Assembly: GCF_009914755.1 (NCBI RefSeq)
Contig: NC_060938.1
Source of the DNA: the human T2T-CHM13v2.0 reference genome, Homo sapiens
Length of the DNA stretch: 64,000 nt
Strand: one strand, 5' to 3'
The translations under genes and the position numbers were made by a program. Below the pieces are notes generated by a model. The model was not told where the DNA came from. It saw nothing but the letters and a program-made list of their open reading frames with translations, and made no database searches. Positions 60,913 to 64,000 of the stretch are shown here, piece by piece; the first letter of the stretch is position 1; each line of letters starts with the position of its first letter.

Positions 60913-61699
60913 AGAAATTTATCTTTTTCAGTATTTTATGGCTCAATATGTGTTAGCTATAAGCAGAGATAGACATTTTTATAAGATTAATAAAGTTTGA
61001 AAGGATTTTATAAGAAGTGAGAGATGAATGGGTTATGTATTATTATTTATATATTTTTTCTATTGTAATATGCTATCAATACAATGTATTAATATATTTC
61101 TAAAATTTGATTCACATCTGTATTCTTTAATTAATGCTTATAGATCATGGTGCAGTGTTTTTGAGAGGTTGCTAAATTCTTACATTATGTAGGATTTGCA
61201 CATCTATATTCACAAGTGAGATTTTTTTCTGTAAGGTTTGGTGGTTGCCTTTGTTTGTGGGTTTGATTTGTTTGTTTCTGCTAGACTTGGTATCAGAATA
61301 ATACCTTCATAAAATAAATTTTGAAAATACAAAAAGGATTGCTAAAATGTCTGTATTACTCAAAGAAATTTATAGATTCAATGCAATCCTTATCAAAATT
61401 CCAATGACATTTTCCACAGAAATAGAAAAAAATTAGGAAATTTGTAGGGATCCACAAAGGACTCCAGATAGCAAAAACAATCTTAGGTAAAAAGAACAAA
61501 GCTGGTGGCATCACACTACCTGTCTTCAAAATATACTGCAAAGCTATAGTTATTATAATAGCATGGTATTGGCATAACAGATGCAAAGACAAGTGAAACA
61601 GAATGAAGAGCCCAAAAATAATTCCATGCATTTAGGGTCAACTATTTTTTGACAAAAATTCCAAGAACAGACAATTGGGAGAGGACAGTTTTTTTAATA

Positions 61700-62660
61700 A
61701 AATAATAATAATTATAAAAGAAAGGAAAAATACATATAATGTTAACATAAATCAAAAGAAAACTTCAAGGGCTATTTTAATTACATGCAAAGTATGTTTC
61801 AGAACAAAGGACATTACCACAGATAAAGAAGGCCATATTTTACAGAGAAAGGGGTCAATTAACCATCATGATATAACAACTGTGTACCTCCCCAATAATA
61901 AAGATTTAAAATATATGAAACAAAAATTGATAGAACTACAAGGAGAAAAGGCACACACAAATTTATAATTAAATACTTTAATACCCTCTCTCAATAACTG
62001 ATAAACCAATTTAATATAATTGATACAGAACACTTTGACCAAAATGTCAGAAAACTCCTTCTTTTCAAAGTACACACACATTTTAGATAATACACATAGA
62101 AAACATAACACAGGCAAATTAGATCATCCTCTAAGCCATGAAAAAGTCTCAATCAATGATTAAACTATTCAAGTCACACAGAGATATGTACACAAATGTT
62201 CATGGTAGCTGTATTTGTAGTAGCCAAAACTGGAGACAACCCAAATGTCCTTCAGCAGATTAATCAATACCAAATTGTGGTATGGAATACTACTCAGAAA
62301 TAAAAAGGGAATACTCTACTGATACACACAACAATAAGATAAATACCAAAAGTATGATGAGTGAAAGAAGCCAGAATGAAAAAATACATACTATTTTATT
62401 TCATTTATATAAAACTCTAGAGTATACAAAGTTATAAATAACAATAGAACACAAAGGAAAGAAGCCAGACTAAAAAAATAGATCCTGCTTTATTTCATTT
62501 ACATAAAAATGTAGTGTATACAAACTTATAAATAATAATAGTTGAACACAAATTTCTGGTTGGTCAGAGAGGAAGGATATATGGAAGGACTTGAAAGAGA
62601 AGCTATTAAAGGACAAGGGAAATTTGGGGTTGAGGAATATGTTCACAATCTCGATTGTGA
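61700..62660 (+). mobile_element. Old L1MD/ME fragments (endonuclease remnant and 3' end)
   Basis: ORF 61675-61968 resembles L1 EN (NQKK...AILI...DKEGH...KGSI); 3' block 'gtagccaaaactggagacaacccaaatgtccttcagc'. Confidence 0.6.
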
Positions 62661-62665
62661 TGATC

Positions 62666-64000
<1,335 letters not shown>

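Larger units (their letters stand above)
55310..61690 (+). mobile_element. Old L1M (5'UTR similar to the 13.5-kb copy), internally deleted, with nested insertions
   Basis: 55620-55710 parallels 14200-14290; ORF2 remnants include 59169-59393 (NLEEMNKF...KKSPRTDG) and 'ttgtctctgtttgcaaatc'. Confidence 0.75.

Overview
AT-rich, repeat-dense human (primate) genomic DNA from a family-4 olfactory receptor cluster, recognised from the proteins as the OR4L1-OR4K17 interval on 14q11.2. On the + strand it holds the 3' part of OR4L1 (to 437), a multiply disrupted OR pseudogene (28141-29084, probably OR4T1P) and the intact single-exon CDS of OR4K17 (52293-53240). The rest is mostly nested transposable elements: old L1M copies carrying younger L1PA/L1PB insertions, a full-length dead L1PA3/4 (38451-44645), Alus, a solo LTR12 (ERV9), a MER11 LTR inside an Alu just after the OR4K17 stop, MLT/ERVL remnants, MER2, MER3, a deleted MADE1 and a tailless 5S rRNA retropseudogene. 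I found no support for a new multi-gene system, CRISPR array or prokaryotic-type locus. The most interesting signals are: an apparent gene-conversion tract shared by two inverted young L1s bracketing OR4K17; an LTR-less ERV integrase fragment inside an L1 endonuclease region; a TSD-less L1 junction that may be a deletion breakpoint; an open, extended ORF0 in the dead L1; a candidate OR4K17 promoter/5' exon with an overlapping uORF; and a tandemly duplicated Alu. Repeat subfamily names and old-repeat boundaries are by eye from remembered consensus sequences and need RepeatMasker/Dfam confirmation.
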